From contig DBYO01000035.1 in NCBI GenBank assembly GCA_002310235.1, forward strand, positions 418-64,417: DNA of 64,000 nucleotides, written 5' to 3'. A program made the position numbers and the translations under genes. Numbering within the stretch: the stretch's first letter is position 1; every line of letters starts with the position of its first letter. The notes below the pieces were generated by a model that worked only from the letters and a program-made list of their open reading frames with translations, had not been told where the DNA came from and made no database searches. Of the stretch, positions 61,871-64,000 are shown piece after piece. The stretch comes from Bacteroidales bacterium UBA1184. Lineage in GTDB: Bacteria > Bacteroidota > Bacteroidia > Bacteroidales > ML635J-15.

Positions 61871-63577
61871 TCAAAATAAAGATGGATATCCAAGTTGTAT
61901 ATCATATTTAACGAGTATTTTTTTTACCTTTTCAAATTCATTATCTTGAAGTAAATGGTATTTTTCATTTAAGTTAATTTTTTTAGCCATAAAATCTATA
62001 TTATAATCTTCCTCTATTCCTAATACCATTTGACTATTCTGAGGTTGCTCTCTCAGTATAAATTCATAAATATTTTTTATATGAGGAATGTCTTGCGCTT
62101 GTTGATTAGGAGAATCAATAATTATTGGGCAAAACATACTTGATGAATTGTTATTAGCTATATGCAGTATAGAAAAATAATATGCCATGATTGCTCTAAG
62201 AGACGAACTTCCTGTATTTTTAGGTTCTAAGTATATGTTTTTTATAGATGAAACATCATATTCTACATCTAGCTGTTGTAAATATATAGACATATATCTT
62301 TTATAGTCTTCTTTTATTTTCTCTCTTTTTTCTCTTTGCAATTTCTTTTCGTCTTTAATCTTTTGCTCCAAATCTGTTATTTCAAAATTTATTGCTTCCA
62401 ACCTTCTTTTTCGCTCACACATATCTTCTTCAAAGAATCGTATCGTCTCTTTAGCCCCTTCATTAACAATTATATCTGAAAGAGTTATATTTTCCTTTTG
62501 CTGATGCATTAACTCACTAATTTTATCATATTTTTCTTTATAAGAATTAATATTTTTCCTTTCTTCTTCAATCTTATCGTTTATTGCTTTTAAATCTTTT
62601 TCTAAATCTTGAAGAATGACAGAACATCGATTTTCTTCTTTAATAAAAGCAAAACGATGGTCCATACTATTAGTATAGTTCATACCACAAGTTGGACAAA
62701 CTAACTTATCTGGTTTTGATAATGAATATTTATAATCATCATTGAGTTCTTTTAATGTATGTTTTGTAATATTTATTTGGGAAAACAAATTATACTTTTG
62801 ATCATAATATTCTATTAATTGCGCCTTACTTTTTTTCTGCTTAGCAATCAAATCACTACATTCTTGTTCTAATCTTTTTATTTCACATTGGAAATCATTT
62901 AAAGTCATTGCAAAATATTTTATACTTGCCGTATCTTTTATTTTATTATCCAGGACTGATATTATATTATATTCTTTTTCCTCATTATCATAATTTATCT
63001 TCTTTGTTTCTCTATCACATTGTAATTCATATAGTTTTCTACTATTATATCCGATATGATATTCTATTGTGTTCTTTTTGTAATCTTTAATCTGTTGCAA
63101 ACCTTTAAATGAATTCCATGCTGTTGTCCAACCTGAATCTTGGTCAATATAATAAGGAATAAAAACAAATGCAGGGGGAGGAACAATAAAGTTACCATTT
63201 TTATCGGGAAGTTTTATTACAAATCCTAATAAGTTCGCAATATACTGACTATATTCTCCAGAAATCTTTGAATATGATTTTAAAAGTTGATCTTTAGAAT
63301 CGTAAATCGATATAGTATTATCAACTTTTCTATAAATAGAATACTCCTCATTATTAATTGAGAATCGCAATAAAACATCAACCCTCGCATCTTTCCATTT
63401 TGGATTAACCTTCAATGAATCAGCACCGAACGCATAATATATACTTTTAATTAAAGAACTTTTCCCAGTATCATTTGTCCCTATTATTATTGTTCTTTGC
63501 TGATCGAACACTACTTCTCTCGCCCTTTTCTCCTTGAAAGAACAGAGCAGTATCTTTATTAATTTGAAGCTTTTCAT
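61871..63577 (-). CDS. ABC/SMC-like ATPase with coiled-coil insertion and CxxC hook (Rad50/LmuB-like; defence-associated candidate)
   Basis: The 568-aa ORF has Walker A GTNDTGKS (aa 33-40), a Q-loop-like YIDQDSGW, a K/E-rich helical region at aa ~185-440 with CPTCG at aa 294-298 (C294/C297; nt 62687-62698), a signature-like TGSSSLR, and Walker B/D-loop-like FCPIIIDSPNQQ (aa ~482-493). Its stop lies 6 nt before the hsdS start. Confidence 0.7.
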   Translation of the reverse strand: MKSFKLIKILLCSFKEKRAREVVFDQQRTIIIGTNDTGKSSLIKSIYYAFGADSLKVNPKWKDARVDVLLRFSINNEEYSIYRKVDNTISIYDSKDQLLKSYSKISGEYSQYIANLLGFVIKLPDKNGNFIVPPPAFVFIPYYIDQDSGWTTAWNSFKGLQQIKDYKKNTIEYHIGYNSRKLYELQCDRETKKINYDNEEKEYNIISVLDNKIKDTASIKYFAMTLNDFQCEIKRLEQECSDLIAKQKKSKAQLIEYYDQKYNLFSQINITKHTLKELNDDYKYSLSKPDKLVCPTCGMNYTNSMDHRFAFIKEENRCSVILQDLEKDLKAINDKIEEERKNINSYKEKYDKISELMHQQKENITLSDIIVNEGAKETIRFFEEDMCERKRRLEAINFEITDLEQKIKDEKKLQREKREKIKEDYKRYMSIYLQQLDVEYDVSSIKNIYLEPKNTGSSSLRAIMAYYFSILHIANNNSSSMFCPIIIDSPNQQAQDIPHIKNIYEFILREQPQNSQMVLGIEEDYNIDFMAKKINLNEKYHLLQDNEFEKVKKILVKYDIQLGYPSLF

Positions 63578-63624
63578 ATTGTTTATTTCTAAGATTTCTT
63601 ATTATCTTTTTGTAATTATCATCT

Positions 63625-64000
63625 TCATTCATAACACTTTATCATTATTATTGCTTTAATATATTGTTCATTATATATATCCTGATTTACAGCATCACTA
63701 GAATATAAATCAAAACACTCTTTAATTATTTGCATAAATGTTTTTCCTTCAGGCTTTATGTTTACCTTTATCATATCAATTTTTTCTTCAATTTTTTTGA
63801 GAATCACATGATTGGGATTCATAGAATCAATCATATAGTTGTCAATCACACGTAAATACAACTTTATATCTCCAAATAGAATATTTTCTTCTCCTAATGT
63901 TCTTTTGATACCATCTTTTATCGAACTCCAATCTTTGGTTGTGCAATATTTCTCCATAAATGTTTTAAACTCAGAACGTTTATATCCTTTTTTTTTCACA
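63625..64000 (-). CDS. Hypothetical protein upstream of the ATPase (at least 124 aa; N-terminus possibly beyond the window)
   Basis: The frame is open to the window edge. The track's 'M' is a GTG at 63997-63999. The sequence is very AT-rich and I did not recognise a family. Confidence 0.5.
   Translation of the reverse strand, partial: VKKKGYKRSEFKTFMEKYCTTKDWSSIKDGIKRTLGEENILFGDIKLYLRVIDNYMIDSMNPNHVILKKIEEKIDMIKVNIKPEGKTFMQIIKECFDLYSSDAVNQDIYNEQYIKAIIMIKCYE

Noticed and set aside
55749-64000. The defence locus considered as a tRNA-Leu-integrated genomic island
   Set aside because: Housekeeping tig lies between the tRNA and the locus. I found no integrase and no direct repeat of the tRNA 3' end within the window. 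The composition shift is real, but the island boundaries cannot be set from this window.

Overview
The window looks like a Bacteroidota (Bacteroidales-like) chromosomal segment. The evidence is T9SS type A and type B C-terminal sorting domains, a fused FeoAB, an S46 dipeptidyl-peptidase, many lipoproteins, TAnnTTTG -7 promoter boxes upstream of genes and tRNAs, and tight gene junctions without obvious Shine-Dalgarno sites. I call about 50 protein genes and 6 tRNAs (Ser-GGA, Lys-CTT, Val-GAC, Val-CAC, Arg-TCT, Leu-TAG). I found no rRNA, CRISPR array, transposase or integrase. Most of 5.7-57.3 kb is housekeeping or envelope content: DEAD-box helicase, serA-like dehydrogenase, ExbB/ExbD, TatD, DprA, YbeY, RNase G, HU, TsaE, trigger factor, polyprenyl synthase, a TonB-dependent receptor with FeoAB, DsbD, and glycosyltransferases. 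Five things stand out. (1) At 57.3-64.0 kb there is a compositionally mosaic defence-type locus in which type I R-M hsdS and hsdM sit in different operons. A SatD-like (cyclase-homology plus HTH) gene and a DUF3307-like membrane gene lie between them, are co-transcribed with hsdM, and are preceded by three phased TTATAAG-N8-CTTATAA palindromes. Upstream of hsdS is a very AT-rich Rad50/LmuB-like ABC ATPase with a CxxC hook and a further small gene cut by the window edge. This is my best candidate for an undescribed system. (2) At 1-5546 a giant secreted protein runs off the left edge. It was not in the ORF track. It has a TolB/PD40-like head and a long helical tail ending in in-frame 612/624-bp tandem repeats. 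(3) A lineage-specific family of DUF1566/FISUMP surface proteins has three tandem genes plus one distant copy. (4) A dispersed ~150-nt intergenic element consists of 8-nt phased CTKNNAGM units. (5) An unannotated 30-codon Arg/Lys-rich ORF downstream of HU resembles mini ribosomal protein bS22. All calls rest on reading the sequence and the ORF translations by eye. No searches were run.
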